Source of the DNA: Octopus bimaculoides
Taxonomy: Eukaryota
Direction: 5' to 3'
DNA length: 64,000 bases
NCBI RefSeq assembly: GCF_001194135.2
Contig: NC_068983.1
Span: 89,836,866 to 89,900,865 of the forward strand
A program made the position numbers and the translations under genes. This document shows positions 50,040-62,212 of the stretch, one piece after another. The notes beneath the pieces are model-generated. The model was not told where the DNA came from and ran no database searches. It saw only the letters and a list, made by a program, of their open reading frames with translations. Position 1 is the first letter of the stretch. Every line of letters begins with the position of its first letter.

Positions 50040-50930
50040 GACTTAAGAATATATTCAACCACTACTGTGGTTGAATGATATTTATATATATCTATTACTT
50101 GTTTTGGCCATGTGGCTGTAGTCATATTGGAGCACCACTGCAGTCTTTCTGATTTCCTCAATCTGGGGTATTTCACATTACCACTCCTGTTAGCCCATTT
50201 GGTGTATAAGGGAGTTTGATTCCACTGCCTGGTCTGCACCTCATGCTGGGCTGTTGGTTTATCTGGTATTATGGAGAGGAGTATGTCTAATTCCTTTTTG
50301 AAGACATCTACTTCTGCCTTATGTAGATTTCTTAATTTTTGTGGCAGGGCATTGAAGAGCTGTGTCCAAGGGGGAAGTGAAGACACTTTTAAATTGTTCA
50401 CTGAGAAAAAGGAGGCATTGGGTAGAAGGCAGTGGATTGGGGGACACTATGAATTTATAATATTATTATAGTATTGTATACAAATTATATAATATTACAT
50501 TAAATATCAAATGATTCATAGTATATATAAATTAGTAAAATATAAAATATTTATTTATACATAAAAATAGGGGTGGGGTGCTGAGGGTATTATGTGGCCA
50601 TGAGGTAGGCAGTGACCAAAAAAGTTTGAGAATCTCTGTTTTAGGGTTTGTTTTTATGCTTGCCACAGCTCTGTTCTCTCTCTCTCTGCTCTTTCCTTTT
50701 CATGAGAGAGTTTGATCTTGCTTTCAATTTCTATGATTGTCTGTACTAAAATAAATTTCTTTCTATCCTTCAGTTGTCTATTCAATTAGTTTGAGATCTT
50801 TGATCTGCATCTCATAATGATTTTTCTGTCCCTGGGAGTCTTGTTTGTCGGTATGCTGGCCTTTCTTTCCAGGGTGTATTTAGTGCTTATAGTTTGTACT
50901 GTTGACATAAAACAAAGTTTCAAGTCAATG
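50040..50930 (-). mobile_element. CR1-like LINE fragments including the 3' end
   Basis: QLFNALPQKLRNL..VDVFKKELDILLSIIPDKP; RAVASIKTNPK. Confidence 0.65.
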
Positions 50931-50999
50931 TCTATAAATATATNNNNNNNNNNNNNNNNNNNNNNNNNNNNNNNNNNNNNNNNNNTATATATAAAGAAA

Positions 51000-53718
51000 A
51001 TAAAACAAGGTAGAAAATGCTAAATGACCCGTTGTGGTTGTAATAGTAGTGACTGGAATTGTTCTGAATATATCATTTTTAATATTTGCATGTGTATTAT
51101 TCTAATAGTGTCATTTGTAGTGGACGCATTCAAAAGGGGTTTATATTTTGTGATAAAATATGGCTCTTTACTAATATGCTGACTACAGGTTGCATCATCC
51201 ATGAATTTATAGAGGGGTAAAATTCTGAAGGTCAGTTGTTTGTTAATAGCGCAAATGTTGATGTGTTCGCTGAATGCTATTTTTCTGCATTCTTGAATTT
51301 GATCTGGGATCTATGTAGAGCCATCCTTTGACGTTTTTTTTTTTTGGTTTGACCTATGTATTGCTCTCGACACCCAAAACAAGTTAATACATATATTAGG
51401 TTCTCTGAAGCACATATGAAGTTGCTTTCCACTGTGAAACGTTGTCCCTGTTTGAAGGAGAACTCCAATCCCTCAATTAAGTTTATGCATATACCACAGT
51501 TAGGTCTTCCACATTTTTTTACTGATGGCTTCAGTGTTGTTGAACATACTTGGGCTTGTGTTAGGAAACTTTTCATAGATTTGGGTTGTCTTTTGTGCTT
51601 TATGATGGTGTGTTTAGAGGATTAAATTCATTCTGTGGTCCCTTTTTTAGTAGGGGAATGTTCTGGAGGATGATGTCGAAGGCAGTCCCCAATTTTTGTT
51701 GATAGAAGTTGTCTTTGAAGACAAAGTAGCTATTCTCCAAGATGAATTTTAACCCTTCTATCACAAATTTTTTTTTGATGCAATGTAGGAGTTCGTTGAC
51801 ATAATTCCTTAACCAGAATTGAATTGCCTCTATTCCTAGGCTGTGGGGGATATTAGAATAGAGATTGACTAGGATACTAGTAGGGTGTTTTTGTTTATTG
51901 TTTTAGGGAGGTGATTGAGCATATCTAGGTCGTCCCTTATGTAGCTTTTGATATGCTTGAGGAATGGTTTTAAGAGGGTGTCTAAAAAGTTACTGAGGTG
52001 GTGAGTTTTCCATGTGGGACCTATTATTACAGGTCTTAATTTGAGGTCATGAGAAGTAGGGACCTTGATTATTATGTCTGTGGTTATCCTGCATGCATTA
52101 CTTATTTTCTCATGTTTGTGTATCTTAGGAATACCATAGAATTGACTGGGTTTACTTTTGAAGTTGGTCATATAATCGTATTCTGCCCTTCTCTGTGTAG
52201 GTTTAACATGGATTTTAGGTTTCTCATTATTTTCTGCTGACAGTAGTGTTGGACCTTTTCATAATATGTTGTGTCTTCTAATATGGATAGTACTAGAGTT
52301 ATATAGTATACCGTGTCCATTAAGACAACTGCACTCCCTTTATCAGTCTCTTTGATTGTTATTGTTTTATCATTTTTTAATTTGTTCAGCTCAGCCCATT
52401 CTTTTTTGCTAAAGTTTGGCTTGTATTTTTGTTTGTGTATATGTTGATATGGGTAATTTGTAATGTATTCACAGACATGGTCAAGAATTTTGTTCTTACC
52501 TTTTGAAGGGGTGTAGTTACTTCTATTTTGGACTAACGATTCGTCCTTGTTGTATTTGTCGTATAGTTCCTCAACGAGTCATAATTTTCTACAGAATTCC
52601 GCAATGTCTTCTTTCATTTTGATGTAGTTGAGGCGTTGGGGGAGGGGGTAAACTCGAGCCCTTCGGAGATATGTTGATTTGGTTTAGTTAGATTGATGAT
52701 TTTTATCACTTTTGGTTCCTCCTGTCTGTCTGGTGCTATCTCGTATCTTTGTGTTTGCATATTGGGTTTAAAAAATTATTGAGGTGTTATATAGTTGTTG
52801 CTTGTTGTTGTGGAGTGCCCTGTTGTGATTTATGGTGCCAGTTCTTGGAAGGGTATTGAAAGGTGTGTCCCTCTATCCCATGTTCGGATGTGATGTTTTA
52901 GGAGGCTGTCATTGGTAATTATTATGTGTGGTACAGGTTTGTTGTGTGTGGTTGTTTAGTAGATCGTTGAAATGAAAATTTCGTTGGTGACTCCTTATGG
53001 CGGGGAGGTTGCAATGTCTATCCTGCGGGTAGTGATTTTTCATTTTCCTGTTTGAAGTTGAGGTACACCCGATGTTGTTTCACTGGTGGGTTTCAAAGTT
53101 AGGGTCAGGTCTTGTATTCTGTTTTTGGTAGAGGTGATGGTTCCATTTTTTAGATGGGTATGAATCTGTGTTTGAGTGTTGTTTTGATTTTCTTATTTTT
53201 AGGAAAGGGTTGTTGGAAGCGTATTCTGTTTGAAAGATAGTTTCATAGTTTGAGAACCAAGTGGTGCTTTTTTCCCAGCGTTGGAGGGATGTCAATTCTT
53301 TATTACAATCCTCTTTCCATAGATTGAAGATCTTCTCTAGGTCAGAGACTTGAGTCATTTTGTTGATTTCTTAGTTGATCTCTTCATTGATGGATTTTAC
53401 TTTCTTTTCATTTGTCTGAGCCCACAGTTTTAGAAGTTCTATTTCTATCTTCATTTTTTTCAGTGCCATTCTTTCCCTGAGACGTCTTTGTGCCTCAGGT
53501 TCATCTGTAATGGCTTTGGTTTGGAGTTTGCGTGGGAGAATTAACGGTGTCAGATCGAGAAATATTTCATATATATCTGCTTTGCTGTTGTTTTGGATCA
53601 TCTTCCAAAAGGCAAACTTTCTATCTCTGAGTGATTTGTTCCATCGTGATACTATGTGGTGTTTCATTTGGTACGTTGTTAGTGTATTGATCCCATATGC
53701 TGCCTCATTTGGCGGTCC
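51000..53718 (-). mobile_element. Penelope-like element with GIY-YIG endonuclease, RT core deleted
   Basis: FYGIPKIHK..LRPVI..NLYSNIP..FYQQKLGTA | deletion | CGRPNCGIC..NLIYVLTC..YIGQT..HR..KYKPLLN. Confidence 0.88.
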
Positions 53719-53721
53719 TTA

Positions 53722-54977
53722 CCATAAAACCCCATGTAATTTATGCACTTTTTTCCGCAAAAATAAAAATAAACTTTAGGAGGTGGGTAAATTACATGAG
53801 TAGATTGTTTCTAGAATGTTTTTTGAAATTTTTTTGTTGTAAAAAGACATACAAAGCGTAAACATTCAGACTGGAAGTTGACTCATTTAATGTCAGAATA
53901 GGTTTTTACAGAACAAATAATGGCTTAAATATAATGAAGTTGACTTTTATATATGCTGGACGGTATAATGCTTACTTTTTCTGTATAAATTTACTAAAAC
54001 CATTAAATGGTTAACTACTTTTTGAAGTCTGACATTCATGCTGGTAAACACGGTCCAGACTATATTGTACATTACTTGGAGTTTCTACCTATTGCAATGG
54101 AGCACCATTGACATACGTATTGATATAGATATTCCTGACTGAAAAAATGTAATGATATGGATAATCTTCATTGTATGCTTTTATTTTTGTCTGTTTATTA
54201 CTAGGCACAGTTTAAAATTTGTTGTACTGTTTATGCCAATTTCAAACATTGGCTTCATTAACATTAAAATGCCTTCTGGCAGCTCTATTGCCACATTTAA
54301 ATGCATATTCAACATATTTAATTTCTTCTTCGTGATTATTCATAAGTTCTGCCTAAACTGTCAATAATGATAATGACAAATTTGCTCAACATTTTATAAG
54401 TGTGAAAGGGATTAAAATTTTGATACTCCATATCAAAGGTTCTGACAAGAATAGTTAGAAAATAATTCTGTTTACATAATCAGTTTGATCAGTCACTTTC
54501 CTCTGTTGGTTGAGTAAAGTGTCATCCAAGCTAATGTTTATGGGTAATTAAACTTAATTTGCAACACCTGTGTGTATTTATCAGCTTTGTTTACTCTGGT
54601 AATTCTAATCAACAACTTTTCCTGTGATCGTGATTTGAGTATGCTAAAGATCGGACATAATCTCTTGTGGGAAAGAAATGTAAAATAAAGTTTATTATAA
54701 ACAACACAAACAATTTGTAATTTGATAGCTTTCAATGTGATACCTGTTAAACAGAAATTATTTTTATTTAATGAAAATTTAATAAAATCTAATCATAAGT
54801 AAGTGAAATACAACTAAATACAACTAAATTGAAAACCTTTTTCCCCTGGGTATATCGGCAATTCTGAAAACTTTTGGGTGCGAATTTACACGAGTAGAAG
54901 CTTTTCTTAACAATTTTTATCCTGAAAAATCACCTGCGTAAATTACACAGATATGCAAATTACATAGGTTTTTACAG
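53722..54977 (-). mobile_element. pogo-type (Brinker-like HTH) DNA transposon deletion derivative, TA TSD
   Basis: TIRs ccataaaaccccatgtaattt / aaattacataggtttttacag; minus strand reads YVEYAFKCGNRAARRHFNVNEANV*NW. Confidence 0.8.
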
Positions 54978-55056
54978 TATACACACACACACACACACAC
55001 ACACATACACACACACACATACACACACATATTCATATATATATATATATATATAT

Positions 55057-55382
55057 CATCATCATCATCATCGTTTAACACCTGCTTTCCCTGCTAGCAT
55101 GGGTTGGACAGTTTGACTGAGGACTGGCAAGCCAGAAGGCTGTACCAGGTTCCAATCTGATCTAGCAAAGTTTCTACAGCTGGATGCCGTTCGTAACACC
55201 AACCACTCCGAGAGTGTAGTGGGTGCCTTTTATGTGCCACTGGCATGAGGGCCAGTCAGACAGTACTGGCATCAACCATGCTTGAATGCTGCTTTTTATG
55301 TGCCACTGACATGGTAGCCAGTCAGGCAGCACTGGCTATAGCCACTCTCGACTCTCGAACAGTGCTTTTTATGTGCCACCGG
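55057..55382 (-). mobile_element. RTE 3'-end copy between microsatellites
   Basis: (CA)n(TA)n on the left; (TA)n(GATA)n(GACA)n on the right. Confidence 0.8.
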
Positions 55383-55404
55383 CTATATATATGTATATAT
55401 ATAT

Positions 55405-55406
55405 AT

Positions 55407-55481
<75 letters not shown>

Positions 55482-55482
55482 G
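55405..55482. repeat. Compound (GATA)n(GACA)n microsatellite
   Basis: Direct reading. Confidence 0.9.
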
Positions 55483-55594
55483 GTAGATATTATATATTAA
55501 TACACATAATGGGTACAAATACAAAATCATACACATGTACTGATTTAGATGAGTATAACAAGTTTAAGCATGTATAATTTTACAAGTATGTGCA

Positions 55595-56095
55595 TAGCAC
55601 GACTGTGTGGTAAGAAGCTTGCTTCTCAACCACATGGTTCCAGGTTCAGTCTCACTGCGAAACTGAAAGAAGCCTGTCGTGTGTATATATATATATATNN
55701 NNNNNNNNNNNNNNNNNNNNNNNNNNNNNNNNNNNNNNNNNNNNNNNNNNNNNNNNNNNNNNNNNNNNNNNNNNNNNNNNNNNNNNNNNNNNNNNNNNNN
55801 NNNNNNNNNNNNNNNNNNNNNNNNNNNNNNNNNNNNNNNNNNNNNNNNNNNNNNNNNNNNNNNNNNNNNNNNNNNNNNNNNNNNNNNNNNNNNNNNNNNN
55901 NNNNNNNNNNNNNNNNNNNNTGGTGTGTTTATATCCCAGTAACTTAGTGGTTCAGCAAAAAACTTTGAAAGAATTAGGCTTACAAAGAATAAGTCCTGGG
56001 GTCAATTTCTTTGACTAAAAAAAATCCTTTAAGGTGGTGCTCCAACATGGCTGCAGTCAAATGACTGAAACAAGTAAATGAATAAAAAAAATATA
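55595..56095 (+). mobile_element. SINE (same family as 8972-9278), spans N-gap
   Basis: gtggtaagaagcttgcttc..; tail gtggtgctccaacatggctgcagtcaaatgactgaaacaagtaa. Confidence 0.75.
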
Positions 56096-56145
56096 AACAT
56101 ACTCTCATATACAAGTACATACACACATACATAAACACACATACA

Positions 56146-56185
<40 letters not shown>

Positions 56186-56774
56186 AAAGGCAGTATGTGT
56201 GTGTGTGTGTACGTGAATGTAATTTATGCATGTCCACAAATTAGTGGGAGAGGGAAACAGAAAGCTTGCCAGCATCTAACAAAAAAAAGTAAAGAAAAAG
56301 TGGGAGAGGGAGACAGAGAGCGTCTAACGAAAGAAAAAGTGGGGAAGGGGAGTAAGTAAGACAGTGTCAGCGTTCATGAAAAATGAAAATGTAAAATGCT
56401 TTTTTTTTCTTAAACATAAGATATAGTTTCAAATATAGGATGTTTTTGAAAGACTATATCTTACAATGAAATTATATATACTTTCTTACACAACAATTAA
56501 AATATATTTATTTTAAATCATTTATTTATTTTAAGTCGTTCATCTTTCTCCCCCAACTCACTTTCACACACACGCACATATACTACTTTGGGAGCGACAG
56601 AGTTTTGTTTATATTTCACGCCGAAGAAAAAAGTTTATTGACAATCCCTTTATTTAGCAACAATGAAACAAAGAGGTATGTAACAATTTGTCAGTGAATT
56701 ACACAATATAAATGGGTAAAATTTCCGAGGCTTCCACCACACCAAACCCGTTTTTCGGACCACAAAAAGGGTTT

Positions 56775-56862
56775 GGTAATTTTTCAGAATAACACCCGCA
56801 CGATTTACACTAGGGTGTTAGGGTTAGGGTTAAGGTTAGGGTTAGGGTTTAGGGTTAGAGTT
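56775..56862. repeat. One arm of the telomere-repeat MITE family with an expanded TTAGGG-like array
   Basis: ggtaatttttcagaataacacccgcacgattt..agggtgttagggttagggttaaggttagggttagggtttagggttag; matches 36520-36580. Confidence 0.75.
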
Positions 56863-57397
56863 AACCTAGAAGGGACAGGCTCCTTATTTTTTTGGTTAAG
56901 GCTGTTGGTAAGTTTTCCTAAGTTACTTCAATCTAGATCCCCAATGCAAACCTTCAGATCAACCTTCTCCTATGCAGATCTCTAATGCAATTTTTTAAAA
57001 AACAGTCAACGAGAGGAAATAACCAATAAACTGATTCCTTATGAGATTTCCCAATCAAATTGCCAGCAAACCATTTTCAGCAGATTTTGCTCAAATCTGA
57101 TGTCGATGTTACTTATTTTGGTTTGAAATATAGCACTTGATCACTTAATAATGCTAGCTTAATCCCGGGCTATACTGCTAGCATATATATANNNNNNNNN
57201 NNNNNNNNNNNNNNNNNNNNNNNNNNNNNNNNNNNNNNNNNNNNNNNNNNNNNNNNNNNNNNNNNNNNNNNNNNNNNNNNNNNNNNNNNNNNNNNNNNNN
57301 NNNNNNNNNNNNNNNNNNNNNNNNNNNNNNNNNNNNNNNNNNNNNNNNNNNNNNNNNNNNNNNNNNNNNNNNNNNNNNNNNNNNNNNNNNNNNNNNN

Positions 57398-57567
57398 ACT
57401 ACACTCTCTGAGTGGTTGGCGTTAGGAAGGGCATCCAGCTGTAGAAACTCTGCCAAATCAGACTGGAGCCTGGTGTTGCCATCCGGTTTCACCAGTCCTC
57501 AGTCAAATCGTCCAACCCATGCTAGCATGGAAAGCGGACGTTAAACGATGATGATGATGATGATGAT
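57398..57567 (+). mobile_element. Young RTE 3'-end copy, 5' part in N-gap
   Basis: By eye, 3 differences in about 150 bp from the 63655 copy. Confidence 0.85.
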
Positions 57568-58328
57568 TACAGCTGACCTTACCAGTCAATTTTGCGCTAG
57601 GGATTCAACAGAGTGTTAGTCTGATTATGTAACTGTTATGGTGAGAATCATGACACCCCCTGTGAGAATGGACTAGCTGAACTTGTATAAGTGGCAGCAT
57701 ATTTGGCTGAAGGAGAGATGAGAAATCAAAGGAAGTTGAATGGTGTCACAGAAAATTGTTGAGAAGGTGTTATAGTTCGTTGAGAGTTGTTTTGGATTGG
57801 TTGCAGTTATTGACAGAATATTTGGAAATACATCAAGTGGAGACAGTTGGTGTCTACCCCATTCCATGGTATTATATATTACCCTGTTATAAGACCACAT
57901 TATAAAAGTGACATACAGTGCCATGATACAAAAGTGGCAATGAGGATATCCAGTTATAAAAGTGGCAACGAGTGATTTGAAGCTTACGTTGGTAATTAAC
58001 AATTTTTTATGATACAAAAAATTTGTTAATTATAGAAAACCTATTAGCTGACATATTACAGTTGCAAAAGCAACAGGAGCTGCACCAACAACTACAAAAG
58101 CAACAGGAGCTGCACCAACAACTACAACAGCAACAACTGCAACACAATCAGTTGCTGGAACTGATGTTGAAGCTGGGAAACACGGCAAGTTCATTTTTGC
58201 CAGACAGCATAACGAATGCTATAACAGAGTTTAGTTATAACCCAGAAGAAGGTATAATGTTTTTGGCTTACTTCAGAAGAAGGAAACAATTGAATTGCTT
58301 TCCAAAATGTTCAGCTATAAGAGTTCCC

Positions 58329-58923
58329 GGATCTTTTTTAAAACGGGGGCCACATTTTTCATTAATGTTTTACGTAGTGTTTTTGGTACCGAAAGACTTT
58401 CAAACTTCGTATACTTATCTATTTTGTGTTATAGAACAGAAAAATATTTTTGTATTCGAATTTATTTCATGTAAAAAATTGTCTTATTTCGATAATTTCA
58501 ACCAATCACTGACAAGTATTCAGTTGTTTATATTTACTCCTTTGGCTGATTAAGCCATAGCTTCATTTTATTTGCTTTTTTCATTTTAAATTTGCTTTTT
58601 TCATTTTCTTTTTTTTTTCTTCGTTTTATTTGCTTTTTACTTTTTAAATTTGCTGTTTTACCCTAACCTTAGCCCTAACCCTATCACCGATAGAATTGTT
58701 TCAGAATCGTTTGTTTATGTAGTCAGCACTTAATGTATATCGGCTGAATGGACGTCAGTGATTGGTTGAAATTACAGAAATACGACAACTTTAACATGGA
58801 ATAACTTAGGGATTTCTTTTTTTTTTTAAGAAGACTAAGAGAAAAAGATGTTTTATATGACACATTCCAAGTTTCAAAGTGTTTCGTTAATGAAAAATGT
58901 GGCCCCCGTTTTAAAAAAGATCC
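58329..58923. mobile_element. 595-bp MITE, perfect 37-bp TIRs starting GGATC, 8-bp TSD GAGTTCCC (Merlin/hAT/P-type)
   Basis: Excision restores gag frame ETIELLSKMFSYKSSLFSTHWECLNLIK. Confidence 0.9.
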
Positions 58924-61702
58924 GAGTTCCCTGTTTAGCACTCACTGGGAGTGTTTGAACTTAATAAAAGAAGAGGACAAAGATTTTTTCAGTTATGCCA
59001 GAAGCGTGAATAAAATGTAAAAAAAAATTAAACTAAAGGAATTATCTCTGGACATGTCTAAATGCCTCATCTTTGTGTAAGGTTTGATAGCAAGTAAAGA
59101 TTCAGAAATACATGCATGTATTCTTACAAAACTAGAACAGGCGGACCAGAATTTAATCCTATAGGTAATAGCAGAGGAGTATCTAAGAATTATCAGCTTG
59201 CAACAGGACATAGAGAAAATTGAAGGAAAAAATTTCTCTCAAGTACAGAGATGTCAACCAGGAATAAATAAAAGAAAAAGAATGTTACGACCAAATCCAT
59301 GCTATGGGTGTGGAGGTATTCATTTTAAGAAAGACTGTCCATTTAAAACTCTGAAATATTTTAGTTGTCAAAAAATAGGACATAAAAGCTCACACTATAT
59401 AGCAAAGCAAAAAAGGTCGGAAAAAAATTCTTCCAAAAAGGTTTGTTCAACAGAAAGTCGTGTCAACACCTAAAAAAGAAAGTATGTGTATGTAAAAATA
59501 AACGATGCGAATGTGAAACTACACAGGTAGTAACAATTGTTGATACTGGCACATAGAAGAAAAGTGGGAAACCTACATTAAAGAAAACATCGAAAAGTGT
59601 GTGAAGCATTACAGGCGAAAGATTACACTTCTTAGGCAAAAATGATAAGTGACAATACATTTTGTGGTAAAACCTGTAAAGCAAAAGTGTTTGTGTTAGA
59701 AAATGCAACAAACTTGTTCAGTACTGACTGGATGGAGTTGTTTGATTTGTGGAACCTCCCCATAAATCTGTTCTGTAAAAACCTAAATGATTTTTCCTTC
59801 AGTAAGAATAAGCCGTCAGATAAATTGAAGAAAAAATTTTTAAATGCTTTACCTGAAGTGTCGTCAGATAAATTAGGTTTCTGAACTAAGACTGAGGCAT
59901 GTTTCCAAATTGTGGAAAACACAATACCAGTGTACAAACCAAAAAGAATGGTACCTTTTGCTGTAATAAAACATGTTGATGAAGAATTAGACAGATTAGA
60001 GAAAATTGGAGTAATCCAAATGGTGGAATATGCAAAATGGGCAGCTCCAACAGTGTGTATTAAAAAAAAGAAAACAAAATCAGGGTGTGTGCCAATTTTT
60101 CCACTGGCTTGAATGAATATCTGAAAACATGTCACTATCTGCTACCTACTCTGGAGGATATTTTTACGAAGTTAGACAGGGGCAAGGTATTTTCAAAACT
60201 GGATCTCTCCGATGTGTGCCTATAAATTACCTAAGAGTGAATACGCATAAAGGACTACATAAATATAACAGATTACCATTTAGTCTAAAGGTCGCACCTG
60301 CAATTTTTCAATAGATTACGGATGCAATGTTAGCAAACTGTGAATTTGCAATTCCATACCTGGATGATATATTATTTAAAAGGGAATCTCGTGATCAGCA
60401 TGTCGAGCATGTAAAATGTGTTTTTCAAAAAATAAGAGATTACAGTTTCACACTGAGTGAGGGAAAATGTGAATTATTCTTACCTAAATTTAAGCATTTA
60501 AGACAAATTATAGGCAGGAATGGATGACAACCAGACCCATCGAGGGCAGAGGCAATTAAGAATAGGCCTCCTACTAATATAATGACCGTACAAGCTTTTC
60601 TAGGTCTAGCAAATTATTATCAAAATTATATACCAAATATGTATGAGATGAGAGCTCCATTAAATCATTTCTTAAAAATATGTAAAGTGGAATTGGGTCA
60701 AATAATTGTCAAAAGGTATGTGACAATATTAAAAAAATATTAATATCAGATTTGTCGCTGGCTCATTTCGATCCTGCAGCAGAGATTGTAGCTTCAGACA
60801 CATCTGTATACAGCATAGGAGCAGTAATGCTTTGCAAATATAAAGACAGTAATATCAAGGTGGTGGTTCATGCCTCAAGTTCTCTGATAGTGGCAGAGAA
60901 AAAAACTATAGTCAAATAGAGAAAGAAGCTCTAGATTTTTGCACAGTAGAAGTTTTAGGCGACAAACTGATCACCAACAATTATTATCAACTTTTGGTTC
61001 GCAAAACGGAAATCCTACTCATACTGCAAATAGGTTACAACACTGGGGTATGATATTGTTGAATTACAACTTTAAGATGGAGTATATTCCATCCAAGAAG
61101 TTAGACCATGTGGATTGTTTATCAAAGTTAATTCCAAAAAATACAGAACTATTCAAAGATACCATGATTGTCACATTGTGAGTGGAAAATGAAATAAAAA
61201 CATTTTGTGTAAGGACATTTGGGAGCTGCAAGTAACTGTTCAAGATATAAAATTAAAATTGGAGAATTGGAGAATGACAAATTCATTGCAAAGATGAAAG
61301 AAATGTTGAAGGTGAAAGAAAATGAAAATATACATAACACAAATGCGTACCATTTTTCTCTGTGTGATAATGTGCTAATGTACGCACAAAGAGTATATTA
61401 AATGAATTTTATATGGGACACCCAGGGACTATAGGAATGAAATCAGTAATGAGGAGTTATGTGTATTGGCCTACTATAGACCATGATATTGAACAATTGG
61501 TGAAATCCTGTAGAGGTTGTGCTCTCACAGCAAAGTCACCACTGGCGAAATTCCAATCAAGGCCTAAGACAGACAGTCTTACATATAGATTTTTCTAGAC
61601 CAGTAAATGATGCATATTATCTGATCATAGTAGACAGCTATAGACAAGTGGCTGGAGATATGTAAATGCAGTCAACCAACCTTAATGGTAACAATAAGGT
61701 TC

Positions 61703-62212
61703 TATAGATGGAATTACGGTGGTGTGTGTTCTACATCGAGTCACCATTATAGATTGTGGACCGTGGTGCGTGTTCTACGTCAGGTCACCATTATACATAG
61801 TGGTTCGTGGTGTGTGTTCTATGTTGGGTCACCAACTTTAGATGGTCATGGTGAAGCATGGTGAAACCATCTAACGACTCTGTTTAGAAGGTTGGAATAA
61901 TACATATAATATACCAGTTGGAAAAGAGAGAAAGACGCAACCGAGTAGAAGGTTTAGAGAGAACATTTATTGATATGTTAATGTCATTTTATAGGAGACA
62001 AAAATAGATGATAAAAGGAAGATATTTCTGTAGTAAAAAGGTGAAATTAGAAAGAACGGTTGGTCATTGAAGTAAAATGAAAGCTGGTACTGAACTACAG
62101 AAAGGAATGCGTGTTCTAAGTCGGGTCACCATTATAGAAGGAATTGTGGTGTGTGTTCGTATCATGTCAGGGTCACCAATGGTTTCACAACACTTCACCT
62201 CAACCATCTATA
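61703..62212. mobile_element. 510-bp insertion with TATAGATGG..CCATCTATA ends, 4-bp TSD GTTC and five tRNA-Trp 3'-end copies
   Basis: Excision restores integrase frame TIRFLHEHFA; copies at 61721-46, 61765-90, 61809-34, 62104-31, 62148-78. Confidence 0.88.

Noticed and set aside
58023-58553. Poly-Q host protein
   Set aside because: It is the Gypsy gag N-terminus (with a 30-bp tandem duplication) reading into the MITE.
61703-62212. Repeat-spacer pattern resembling a CRISPR array, or tRNA genes
   Set aside because: The context is eukaryotic, the spacers resemble each other, there are no cas genes, and the repeats are only tRNA 3' portions with no D-arm.
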